The translations under genes and the position numbers were made by a program. The notes under the pieces are model-generated. The model worked only from the letters and a program-made list of their open reading frames with translations. It was not told the origin of the DNA and made no database searches. This document shows positions 16,817 through 26,285 of a stretch of DNA of 64,000 nt, one piece after another (position 1 is the first letter of the stretch; the number at the start of each line of letters is the position of its first letter). Source of the DNA: Lachnospiraceae bacterium (GTDB lineage: Bacteria; Bacillota; Clostridia; Lachnospirales; Lachnospiraceae); assembly GCA_017521195.1 (NCBI GenBank), contig JAFXGP010000088.1:11203-75202 (forward strand), in the 5' to 3' direction.

Positions 16817-18703
16817 TTATCTCACCTCTATAATATAGCCATATGCATTTTCAAATACTCTTTTTTGATTATCTACATATTCCGGATTACAATATACATC
16901 CTGTTTATCACGTCTTACCAATGCGTAATCAACTGCTCTATTCTCTACCATGGAATATTCTATCTCCAAGTCCCATGTCCACGTAGGAATCTGATTGGTA
17001 ATCGCATAGAAGTCGTCAAATCTGGGCCAATCACATACCCAGGCTACCGAGTAACCTGCTTTCGTCAGCTTGGCTGCTTCATTGCATAATTCCTGTTCTA
17101 AAGGACTCATCTTTATCTCATTATAGCGGTCGGTAACAGCATCCAGATTCGTATGTATAAGATTAAAATAAGCCGCAGCCCGATCCTCCAGGCACATAGA
17201 CTCATCTCTTTCTCTCAATTGCTCATCCACATGAATTAAGCTCCCTGCAAACAAAATCGTACACATCAGACCATATGCAACTAAAAATTGCTGCTGGGAT
17301 TTATCTATATCTGCAATCACCCTCACCATAATCGCAAAGCACAAAAGCCATAATAAATTATAATTCTTATTATAATAATATAAACTTATAAATCCCATTA
17401 TATATAATAAAAACTGTGCCCCTATGTATCCCAAGGTTAAAACAAATACCACTATATATTCGTCTAATTTACGTTTGCATAATGTATTCCATAAATAAAC
17501 CAATACAAAAGGAATCAATAATACAAAATTAGAATATAAATCGTAATAAGAAACTCCCGGAATTGCCAATCCAGATATGATGGAACCATCCCATCCTGTT
17601 GTTGCCACTTCCGGCTGTGTTACATCTTCTACACTATCCCTTTCTGTACTTACCGCCTCTGCTACAACTTCGTTTTCTACACTTGCAACTTCAGACACGA
17701 CCTTAGCTTCCAATTCCGGTTCCGGCGCCGACACACTGGTAAATATTCCAAAATATACATAGACAATACACAATACTCCTGCCAAAAACAAAGAAAATGC
17801 CGTATATAGGATTTTTTCTTTCCAAAATCCTTTTCTCTCGCCCCAGATGTATAGGAACTGTGCTCCGAACAAGACCGGCGCAAAGTATACATAACAAACA
17901 CACAATGCTGTATTGGCAAAAAAAGCCGCTATCATTAACTGCAGTGAACTAACATTTCCGCTTCTGTATTCTTTGAACAAATATAAAATCAGCGTTACCA
18001 ACAGAATGGAGGTCCCCCAATAGGTAAATCCATATAACATATTATTTAAAGGGTATCCCAACATATATATAATGGTTAAAATAAGACCTATTATCTTCTT
18101 AGGCAAACTTCTTAATTCTTCTCCAATCAACGCCCAGAATGTAACACCACTTAAAGCAAATAAAAAAGTCTGAAATGCCAAAAATACTTTATAATAATAC
18201 AAAGTTCCCAAGAATGGTGTAATAAACATCAGGTTAAGTCCATCTCTCAATTTTTGGAAATACATGGAACCAATTGTCTGTGTTCTTACTACGTCTTCTG
18301 CCCACATCAGATGTATGGAACCATCACCGGATTTAAAGCGAAATACCTCAAACCATCCGCTATATCTGGAATAAGAAATCAATAATGATACTGCTGCCAC
18401 TACCACAACAGCTGCCATATCCTTATAATCCCAATAATATTTCTGTTTTTCTTTTCCACCCTTTATATAAAGCATTAAAAGTATCACAGTGGCAATAATA
18501 TCACAGATAGAAACACTAATTAAATTGATTGGCACATGAAACAAATTAAGTAATCCTGCACTTGTAGCTTCATAACACCACACTAATAAAAAGCTGAAGA
18601 CAAAATAAGACACACCATTTACTCTTTTTTCATTTTTCTTATAACTAAATAGTGATATTAGTAATACAATAAAACTTATAAAATATAAAATCGAACCTAC
18701 CAT
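16817..18703 (-). CDS. large polytopic membrane protein, function unknown (GT-C-like glycosyltransferase or polymerase candidate)
   Basis: 628 aa. About 9-10 TM helices are followed by an acidic low-complexity linker (APEPELEAKVVSEVASVENEVVAEAVSTERDSVEDVTQPEVATT). About 4 more TM helices and a ~130-aa soluble C-terminal domain follow. I recognise no family motif with confidence. Confidence 0.4.
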   Translation of the reverse strand: MVGSILYFISFIVLLISLFSYKKNEKRVNGVSYFVFSFLLVWCYEATSAGLLNLFHVPINLISVSICDIIATVILLMLYIKGGKEKQKYYWDYKDMAAVVVVAAVSLLISYSRYSGWFEVFRFKSGDGSIHLMWAEDVVRTQTIGSMYFQKLRDGLNLMFITPFLGTLYYYKVFLAFQTFLFALSGVTFWALIGEELRSLPKKIIGLILTIIYMLGYPLNNMLYGFTYWGTSILLVTLILYLFKEYRSGNVSSLQLMIAAFFANTALCVCYVYFAPVLFGAQFLYIWGERKGFWKEKILYTAFSLFLAGVLCIVYVYFGIFTSVSAPEPELEAKVVSEVASVENEVVAEAVSTERDSVEDVTQPEVATTGWDGSIISGLAIPGVSYYDLYSNFVLLIPFVLVYLWNTLCKRKLDEYIVVFVLTLGYIGAQFLLYIMGFISLYYYNKNYNLLWLLCFAIMVRVIADIDKSQQQFLVAYGLMCTILFAGSLIHVDEQLRERDESMCLEDRAAAYFNLIHTNLDAVTDRYNEIKMSPLEQELCNEAAKLTKAGYSVAWVCDWPRFDDFYAITNQIPTWTWDLEIEYSMVENRAVDYALVRRDKQDVYCNPEYVDNQKRVFENAYGYIIEVR

Positions 18704-18741
18704 ATTCTCAAACCTACATTATTAATTAATTTGTCTTCTTC

Positions 18742-19977
18742 CTATTGCATTTGTTTATAGATATCCATTAATTTTCTTGCAACCACTTCTTCGTTACACT
18801 TATTAATCATATTGGTTCTTCCTGTTTTCCCCAATACATTGTTTTCATTATTCTCATATATCCATACAATACCTTTGGCTAAATCTGTACTATCTCTATA
18901 ATCCGCCAAGTATCCACTGCTCATATGTTCTATATTTTCTATGATTCCCCCAGTTTTAAATGCCACCACCGGTGTCTCACAGCATTGACTCTCTACAACC
19001 GTTTGATTAAAACTATCCTCTAAAGAAGGTACCACAAAAACATCTGCACAGCTATAAATCTCTGCCATGGCAGACATGCTTTCTATCTTCCCTAAGCATA
19101 TAGTTCTATAGCCTATATCTGCCAAATGTTCCGGTATTTCAGAAGATCCAAATATCAAAAGTACAATTTCTTTTTTTACAACATCTGCATTCAACAATTT
19201 CAATGCCTCTACAAGATATTTGAATCCTTTATATTCTACGTTAACCCCATTCACTGCACCAAATAAGACTACATATGAATCCTCTATTTTAAGTTTTTTT
19301 CGCATTTTATCTCTACCGGTTCTGTTAAACACATCCACTTCAAGAGTATTGGGAACAATGACTCTTTCCGCATTTTTCGTCACCAGACTTCTTTTCGCAT
19401 TATTGTCCATCCACACACTTGGTGATACATAAACTACTTTTTTCAAATAATCTCTTCCACATTTTTTCTTCTGCAATGCTATCGGCACTTTCTGACTAAG
19501 ATTGCTTTTGAAATGATTGCATTCCTTACATCCTGTGCCATCTTTGGTACATTCCATACGTACATGACATCCCCCGGTTAAATACCAGTTATCATGACAG
19601 GTAATTACCGTAGAATACCCGGATTTTATCTTCTGATATTGTCTGTTAGAAATGAAACCACATGTCCAATGAAAATGTATTATATCATTCGATTCAATAT
19701 ATTTCTTAAGAGACACATTTCTCCATCCTACAGAAAACGGTAAACTTTCTCGTTCTTCATTTCTAAATCTTAAAATTAGATTTTCAACAAACATTAAAGC
19801 CTTATTAAACACTTTTTCCACAAAAGTAGGTTTAATAACAATTACATTTCCTACATCACTTGTCAGATTATACATAGTATAAATATAACTGTTTACTCCT
19901 TGCTTCAACAATGCCTTATGTTGTCTAACAGCAGCTGACGAATCTGATATCGCTGTACTTAAATGTATTACTCTCAT
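18742..19977 (-). CDS. GT4-type (GT-B fold) glycosyltransferase
   Basis: Motif VVPSLEDSFNQTVVESQCCETPVVAFKTGG (EX7E-like). The likely start is MRVIHLS at 19977, with SD GGAGAA 5-6 nt upstream. The track ORF extends to 20001. Confidence 0.75.
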   Translation of the reverse strand: MRVIHLSTAISDSSAAVRQHKALLKQGVNSYIYTMYNLTSDVGNVIVIKPTFVEKVFNKALMFVENLILRFRNEERESLPFSVGWRNVSLKKYIESNDIIHFHWTCGFISNRQYQKIKSGYSTVITCHDNWYLTGGCHVRMECTKDGTGCKECNHFKSNLSQKVPIALQKKKCGRDYLKKVVYVSPSVWMDNNAKRSLVTKNAERVIVPNTLEVDVFNRTGRDKMRKKLKIEDSYVVLFGAVNGVNVEYKGFKYLVEALKLLNADVVKKEIVLLIFGSSEIPEHLADIGYRTICLGKIESMSAMAEIYSCADVFVVPSLEDSFNQTVVESQCCETPVVAFKTGGIIENIEHMSSGYLADYRDSTDLAKGIVWIYENNENNVLGKTGRTNMINKCNEEVVARKLMDIYKQMQ

Positions 19978-20010
19978 AATTTCTCCGTTCAAACATATCA
20001 AATACTCTTT

Positions 20011-20934
20011 TTAAATAATATACTGTTCCTTTATCCAATTATAGGTATTAGAAATCCCCTCTTTTAATTCAATATTACATTCATATCCGGTATCAAGAAA
20101 AAGTTTCTCTCTATTTATTTTCGAAAAATCAATTGGATTTCCTTTATCCTTATATACACCAAATCGTAATTCAACAGGATTTTCCAAAGAAGAATTTATT
20201 TCCTCAACAATCTCTTTAAATGTTCTTACGTTACTATGCCCAACATAGTAACTCTCTAAATTCAAACCTTCTTCTGCAATTGCAAGTATTCCTCCAACAG
20301 CTTCATCTACATAAATCATATCAAACGTACTATTTCCTTCAATCAAATCAACCGGTTTCCCATTAAATGAATTTCTTATAATTACATTTGGAAGAATATT
20401 TGTATTATTATGCTCTCCATATGTTAATGCAAGTAATGCAGTCACATATTCTATACCCAATTTTGTTGCAATTACTTTTCCCATCTCCTCAGCGGCCAAT
20501 TTAGCAACTCCATAAATTCTTGAATGTGTAGGTTGAATATATCTGTCATCTGGCCTTCCATCAATTTCAAATTCATCCACACTTCCTATAAATACAAATC
20601 TTCTACACCCCAAAACATTTGCTATCTTCACAGCATCACAGGCAATTTTTACATTTTGCAACTGAATTTCATAATTGGACTTATCATCTCCATTTACCCC
20701 CCAATTAGCCAAATGAAAAAAAACATCAAAATCTCTGTCCTTAATTATTTTACTCAGTTTTTCATATTCTGAAAAATCAAGTACTATGCCATGAAATCTT
20801 TTGCTGTTTCCCAATTCATCGAGTACTTTTTGATTTCTTCCCACTCCATAAACAGTTACTCCATTTGCCAATAATTTTTCACATAATCGTCTGCCTATAA
20901 ATCCGGTTGCTCCTGTGACACATACTTTTAACAT
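20011..20934 (-). CDS. NAD-dependent nucleotide-sugar epimerase/dehydratase/reductase (extended SDR)
   Basis: 307 aa. Rossmann motif VCVTGATGFIGRRL and catalytic YGVAKLAAE (YxxxK). Confidence 0.8.
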   Translation of the reverse strand: MLKVCVTGATGFIGRRLCEKLLANGVTVYGVGRNQKVLDELGNSKRFHGIVLDFSEYEKLSKIIKDRDFDVFFHLANWGVNGDDKSNYEIQLQNVKIACDAVKIANVLGCRRFVFIGSVDEFEIDGRPDDRYIQPTHSRIYGVAKLAAEEMGKVIATKLGIEYVTALLALTYGEHNNTNILPNVIIRNSFNGKPVDLIEGNSTFDMIYVDEAVGGILAIAEEGLNLESYYVGHSNVRTFKEIVEEINSSLENPVELRFGVYKDKGNPIDFSKINREKLFLDTGYECNIELKEGISNTYNWIKEQYII

Positions 20935-20946
20935 ATTCTATCCTCT

Positions 20947-22002
20947 TTAACCATACATAACTTCTTGTTTATCTTTTAAAGGTTTTCCTTTAATAATTCT
21001 ATATATTTTTCTCAGGAATTTATAAAATTTAAGCACTATTTTATTTCCAAAAACCGCATTAATTTTATATAATATTTTTCCCTTCCGTTTATCTTTTTGA
21101 GAAATTGCAAATTTATCTTTATGCGATATACGATTTAATTCTTCGTTTTCCACAGTCAATCTAATCGGGGAAATTCCCCACTCCTCTGCATCCAACTTTG
21201 CAGATGGTTGATAATCTGAGTTTTGACCTCCATGTGAATGAACTCCTGAACCATCTAATCCCCAATTCCTTGATTTTATTTTAGTGGGAATCACACATTT
21301 TTTATCATTTAATATACAATATATATTCTCATTAATATCAATATATGTTAACTGATCGTCCTTCCCTCTCATAGCAGGCTCTTTCCTAAGAGTATCTGAG
21401 GCAACACACATATAAATCATAGGAGAATAATAAAGTAATTTATCCTGCAAATGCTTACTTTTATATATTGGTCTCATTATATCCTGTGCTAAATATGCTG
21501 CACACTTTCTATTTTTATGAAGCCAATGCCCTGTCCCATACGGATTGTATGCAGGAAGCACCATATAATCACCATCTGCTTCCTTTACTTTTATTTCAAA
21601 ATCCGAAGTAGAACAAATTGCATATATATCTTCATCATCTTTGAATTTCTCTAACCCCCAATTCACATAACTCAAGAAATTATTAGAAAACTCATTATCA
21701 TCATCAGTAAACACATATTTATCATGATTAACAGAAATTTTCTCTTCTAAAAATTTTCTATTAAGTCCCGGACCCAGATTTTTTTCCTGATAATATATAT
21801 TTAACGTTGCAAATCCTTCTATTGTTGTAACATACTCTTTTACTTCTTCATAACCATCTCTATATTTATCTGAAGGTGGAAAATCAACAGAAATATATAA
21901 ATCCGTATATTTTGCCTCTTTATTTTCCTTTATGGATTCCACACATCTTTTCAAATGTTTATATCTGTTTAGTGTGGGAATAATAATTGCTGCGTATTCC
22001 AT
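20947..22002 (-). CDS. GT-A fold glycosyltransferase (GT2-like); paralog of 6693..7673
   Basis: Motifs IIIPTLNRYKHLKRCVESIKEN, LYISVDFPPSDKYRDGY and TDDDNEF. The start at 22002 (MEYAAIII) has SD GAGAGGAAAAG upstream. The track ORF extends to 22017. Confidence 0.65.
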   Translation of the reverse strand: MEYAAIIIPTLNRYKHLKRCVESIKENKEAKYTDLYISVDFPPSDKYRDGYEEVKEYVTTIEGFATLNIYYQEKNLGPGLNRKFLEEKISVNHDKYVFTDDDNEFSNNFLSYVNWGLEKFKDDEDIYAICSTSDFEIKVKEADGDYMVLPAYNPYGTGHWLHKNRKCAAYLAQDIMRPIYKSKHLQDKLLYYSPMIYMCVASDTLRKEPAMRGKDDQLTYIDINENIYCILNDKKCVIPTKIKSRNWGLDGSGVHSHGGQNSDYQPSAKLDAEEWGISPIRLTVENEELNRISHKDKFAISQKDKRKGKILYKINAVFGNKIVLKFYKFLRKIYRIIKGKPLKDKQEVMYG

Positions 22003-22025
22003 ATCTTTTCCTCTCATTTTACATT

Positions 22026-23342
22026 TTATTTATTACGAATGTACTGTTCTGCATACATAAACAGTCGTTTGAATGGAATCAAAGCTTTTAACTGTATAAT
22101 ATAGAGCTCTGAATACCTCTTCCACAACACTACCATTTGTCCAAAAGCTACCATCATATATTCCAGTAAAGTTGCAAATGCCGCACCTATACTTCCCATC
22201 CATTGAATAAAAACAATATTTAACAATAGGTTTAACACTGCTCCTACAATATTTATCCACATAACTATTTTTGTATCTTTATTAATAATATAAACAGCCT
22301 GTCCCGAATAAGATAAGCAGGTAAATATACCTGACCAAATATATACCATCAGAATATAAGCAGATTTCTTAAATTCTTCTCCATATAAGAATCCAATTCC
22401 CCACTCACCAAAGACCATAACACCGAAAGCTGCTACGTATCCAAGCAGAACCATAATATCTGCAAACTTTTGAAGTTTATCTTTATATTCCGACTTATCA
22501 CTTGCTGCTAAAATTGGTAAAAACGAAGAATAGACAACTCCCGGAATAAAATACCAATATTCAGCCAACGTTACCGCTACTGAATATAAACCTAATTCTG
22601 TATTTCCCAACATCTTTCCTACCACAATTTGATCTACCTTCATATAGATTGTAGTTGCAAATCCCATTGCAATCATTGGAAGTGCCTCTATAAAGATACT
22701 CTTTATCATCTTCCGATCAATTTGCATCTGTCCCACATAGGAACATTTAGATTTTTTGTAACAAAAAAACATTGATACAAATACAAAAACAGTCTCCAAA
22801 ACACTGGCTAATACAAAATACAGTAAACCTGCCCCCAATGGTACACCGATAAATCTCACTATTAAAAAGAAAATGTGTACACAGGATTGTGCTATTGCAA
22901 AATACTTAGAAATAGAATTACTGTAAAACCAATACTCAAAAACCGAAAAAAACTGAAACAAATATACAGACGCAAATATTGCAACATATACAGCAACCTT
23001 ACTTCCTGTATTTAATACAATTGCACTACATATAGATAATAGAAAAGCTATGGTTCCGCCACATAACATAATAATCATTCCTGATGTCGCTATTTTACCG
23101 GAAACTTCTCTCTCTTTAGAAAATTTGGAAATAAGAATATCCGCCAAACCACAAGCTGCTATAAATCCCCAAAAGCCGGAAATCGCCTGGGCATTAGCCA
23201 TCATTCCTTTACTTTCAGCCCCTAAATATCTGGTGACATACACACTTACTGCAAGCCCAATTACTATATTTATTACTTTAGCTATTATCATCCATGCTGA
23301 ATTACCTGCGACCCTTTTTAAATCTTTCTTGTCTTTGCTCAT
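22026..23342 (-). CDS. Wzx-type oligosaccharide flippase (MOP superfamily polysaccharide biosynthesis protein)
   Basis: 438 aa, about 12-14 TM helices, and a basic N-terminus followed by the typical Wzx helix pattern (NSAWMIIAKVINIVIGLAVSVYVTRYLG). Confidence 0.75.
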   Translation of the reverse strand: MSKDKKDLKRVAGNSAWMIIAKVINIVIGLAVSVYVTRYLGAESKGMMANAQAISGFWGFIAACGLADILISKFSKEREVSGKIATSGMIIMLCGGTIAFLLSICSAIVLNTGSKVAVYVAIFASVYLFQFFSVFEYWFYSNSISKYFAIAQSCVHIFFLIVRFIGVPLGAGLLYFVLASVLETVFVFVSMFFCYKKSKCSYVGQMQIDRKMIKSIFIEALPMIAMGFATTIYMKVDQIVVGKMLGNTELGLYSVAVTLAEYWYFIPGVVYSSFLPILAASDKSEYKDKLQKFADIMVLLGYVAAFGVMVFGEWGIGFLYGEEFKKSAYILMVYIWSGIFTCLSYSGQAVYIINKDTKIVMWINIVGAVLNLLLNIVFIQWMGSIGAAFATLLEYMMVAFGQMVVLWKRYSELYIIQLKALIPFKRLFMYAEQYIRNK

Positions 23343-23356
23343 TTTTATCTTCCAGC

Positions 23357-24571
23357 CTAAATTTCTTTTACTATCTCATCAAATACTTTTTCGAAATCCT
23401 TAGTAAACTTCTCTAACGAATATGTCTCCTTTGCATATTCTCTAATCATTTTTCCCTTATCCACTAATAACTCAATAGGTTCCTCAATTATCTCATGAAT
23501 TTTCTTTTCTATACTTTCAATTCTATAATCTTCAAAAAATTCGCAGTATTGCGTCAATTCATCCATTCCATTATCTTTCATAATAATCGGAATCATTCCA
23601 TGACACATACCTGTCATTACAGCTGTTGATGCAGCCTCTGAACAAGATGGTAACACTATGAACATACACTTTTCAGCCAATTCCACAAAAATATCACTTT
23701 TAATATCTATATATCCGCAATTATGAATATTAGAATTCAAAACGTAACCATGTTCCTTCACCTTTTCTTCAATACAGTGACCACACATATACAAATTCCA
23801 TTCCGGATGTTTATTGAATACTTCTATCAACAAATCAACCCCTTTATGAATGAAACCATCGGTTCCCAATATTAAGAAATTATTATTCTTACGTTTTGAA
23901 TAATCCCTAAAATTCTCATTAAATATCATAGATGGTAAAATTCTTCTAACAGGAACACTTAAATCAGATAAGAATTTATCATCTCCAAAACAGATAATTG
24001 CATCTGCCAATTTCTCATCATCTTTTTTAAAGAAACTTCCGGTCCTCTGAAGATCAACTCTTTTCCCCGTCCGTTCATAGAAATAGTCAACTCTTTCTTT
24101 TTCCCTCATATAGGAAATATCATAGGGATTTTCAGTTAGGTATAGGATTCGAAAAGCATCGGTTTCTGCCGCCACACGACGGAACACTTCCCCTAATCCA
24201 AACACAATATCATATTTGTGCTTTCTGATGTTCTCCACTGCATCTAAATCATAATTCGCACATACATCTATGATGTAATCACATTTAATAAAGTACCGGA
24301 TGATTTGGAACAATTCTAAGCGGTTAGTATGTACCGCTCCTTCTTCGCACAATTCACTATCAGTCTTAATTAAGTCCAAATAGACTATGAGAACTCTTTT
24401 TTGATTTTCTTCATCATGATAATTAATGTTATTAACAATATGTTCGCCACCTACAGCCTGGTCTCCGCATTTCCAACGGCAATACAGATTCACATTATTG
24501 ATAAACTTACATACCTTAAGGCCTTCCTTTTTTATGCGATTTTTGATGTTCTTTTTTATATTATTTCCCAT
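23357..24571 (-). CDS. GT-B fold glycosyltransferase (GT1/GT4-like, divergent)
   Basis: 404 aa. The C-terminal half resembles the GT4 donor-binding domain: FLILGTDGFIHKGVDLLIEVF and VLPSCSEAASTAVMTGMCHGMIPII. Confidence 0.55.
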   Translation of the reverse strand: MGNNIKKNIKNRIKKEGLKVCKFINNVNLYCRWKCGDQAVGGEHIVNNINYHDEENQKRVLIVYLDLIKTDSELCEEGAVHTNRLELFQIIRYFIKCDYIIDVCANYDLDAVENIRKHKYDIVFGLGEVFRRVAAETDAFRILYLTENPYDISYMREKERVDYFYERTGKRVDLQRTGSFFKKDDEKLADAIICFGDDKFLSDLSVPVRRILPSMIFNENFRDYSKRKNNNFLILGTDGFIHKGVDLLIEVFNKHPEWNLYMCGHCIEEKVKEHGYVLNSNIHNCGYIDIKSDIFVELAEKCMFIVLPSCSEAASTAVMTGMCHGMIPIIMKDNGMDELTQYCEFFEDYRIESIEKKIHEIIEEPIELLVDKGKMIREYAKETYSLEKFTKDFEKVFDEIVKEI

Positions 24572-24596
24572 AAAAACTCACCTTTTCTGAGACCTT

Positions 24597-25385
24597 TCAC
24601 TTTAAATATATATCCCCAATCTTAACAAACTGCGGATGTGCCGGTAAGGTAATTATATTAGTAATAATTCTAATAATCTTAAATTTCGCCATAATCTTTT
24701 TCCATAAATTAAGGCTACCTACTTCTTCATAGTATTTAGTTATATTGGTAGATTTCTGGTTTTCATGTCTTCTGAAACCGCCTACAATGGCATCTACCGT
24801 ATATAACCTTTCGTATTTAGAGAAATCTCTCCACAGCCAATAATCTCCGGCCAACTGGCATTCTTTACGTACACCACCTACCTTCTCCCACAGTTCTCTT
24901 CTCCAGAAAGTGGATTCCTGCTGTACCATAGAATAAATACGTCCATCCATGTATCCTTTTCTTAAGAAACTTTGTACGAAAATAGGAATGGTCTTAGGAA
25001 CATTATACATAATTCCTGTAGGTGAAAATACCACCGGAACCCCTGTACACCACTTGATTTTTTCATTTTTCATTACTTCAGCCACTATTTCAAAAGCATA
25101 TGGCATGTACATATCGTCAGAATTCAGCCACGCATAAACATCCCCATCTGCCATTCGAAATCCTTTGTTAATAGCATCATACATTCCGTTGTCTTTTTCA
25201 GAAATATATCTCATAGGATAGGTATTCTCATATTTTTTAATAATATCTAATGTACCGTCTGTAGAACCACCATCCACAATAATATGTTCAAAACATGTAT
25301 ATGTCTGATTTTTAACCGATAAAATGCACTCTTCGATATATTGTTCTCCATTATAAACCGGTGTTATGATTGTAAACTTTAACAT
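24597..25385 (-). CDS. family-2 glycosyltransferase
   Basis: 262 aa. Signature FTIITPVYNGEQYIEECILSVKNQTYTCFEHIIVDGGSTDGTLDII and motif NSDDMY. Confidence 0.85.
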   Translation of the reverse strand: MLKFTIITPVYNGEQYIEECILSVKNQTYTCFEHIIVDGGSTDGTLDIIKKYENTYPMRYISEKDNGMYDAINKGFRMADGDVYAWLNSDDMYMPYAFEIVAEVMKNEKIKWCTGVPVVFSPTGIMYNVPKTIPIFVQSFLRKGYMDGRIYSMVQQESTFWRRELWEKVGGVRKECQLAGDYWLWRDFSKYERLYTVDAIVGGFRRHENQKSTNITKYYEEVGSLNLWKKIMAKFKIIRIITNIITLPAHPQFVKIGDIYLK

Positions 25386-25425
25386 ATTTGTTTTCTTATC
25401 TGAGGATTTGCTTACCCTCTCTCTC

Positions 25426-26274
25426 CTACATTCTTATCCATCCCTTACACCATACATCCGGTGTCGGAATGTTTTCAAACCACACCTTAGGTGCGATTAC
25501 TTCTTTCTCTACATTTGCATTCAGCCAAGCGCTCCACCAACTGAAGCTACTGTTGGCTATCACATTGTGTTTGCAACAACTCATCAGTTCCATGTCACGG
25601 AAACTGTTCTTTCCGCTGTTCCAATCCACGAAAGTCATTTCTCCTGCTGCCTTAAAATTTTCTCTCACCCATTCTTTATCGTTAGTAAAAACAAAGAAAT
25701 GAACATCTTCGTATTTCCCCATAAAATAGGCAATGGCTTTTTTATAATATTCTTCATCGCAAGGATTTCCATATAATCGCATTACCTCTTTGTTCAGGTA
25801 ATCTCCTCTGCGGATATGCAATGCCACAGAGTTAGTTGCTGCCATCTTTTCTTTTATTTCAAGATTTAATGGATTATCATCTTCCGGAAACCGATAGAGC
25901 TTTCTAATATCTCTTTCTATCTCTTTAAAATATTTTTCTGTCTGCCAATATCCATCAAAATACTTCTCATTCAATTGAAACACTTCCGGATGAAATTCCA
26001 TACCCTTTTCAAGATAATGGGTCTTTTTATATCCAATAGTATGTCTTAAAATCTTGTGTAACAGACTCTTATTGCAGTCACCGTATTTTGCTACCTCTTC
26101 CAAAGTTGCTTCTTCCATGTCTGCTCCAAAAATCCCCAGTTCATTATAATCATTGTTATACTGTAACTGACTGTTATCTATTTTTACTTTTTTCCCTAAA
26201 TGCTGTAATTGTTTTGCCAGAGCGTACTGGAACATCTGATTTCCCAATCTGCCCTGTAATTTCATAATTACCAT
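25426..26274 (-). CDS. GT11-family alpha-1,2-fucosyltransferase
   Basis: 282 aa with all three GT11 motifs: GRLGNQMFQYALAKQL, LHIRRGDY and ANSSFSWWSAWL. Confidence 0.85.
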   Translation of the reverse strand: MVIMKLQGRLGNQMFQYALAKQLQHLGKKVKIDNSQLQYNNDYNELGIFGADMEEATLEEVAKYGDCNKSLLHKILRHTIGYKKTHYLEKGMEFHPEVFQLNEKYFDGYWQTEKYFKEIERDIRKLYRFPEDDNPLNLEIKEKMAATNSVALHIRRGDYLNKEVMRLYGNPCDEEYYKKAIAYFMGKYEDVHFFVFTNDKEWVRENFKAAGEMTFVDWNSGKNSFRDMELMSCCKHNVIANSSFSWWSAWLNANVEKEVIAPKVWFENIPTPDVWCKGWIRM

Positions 26275-26285
26275 GGTTTTCCCTC

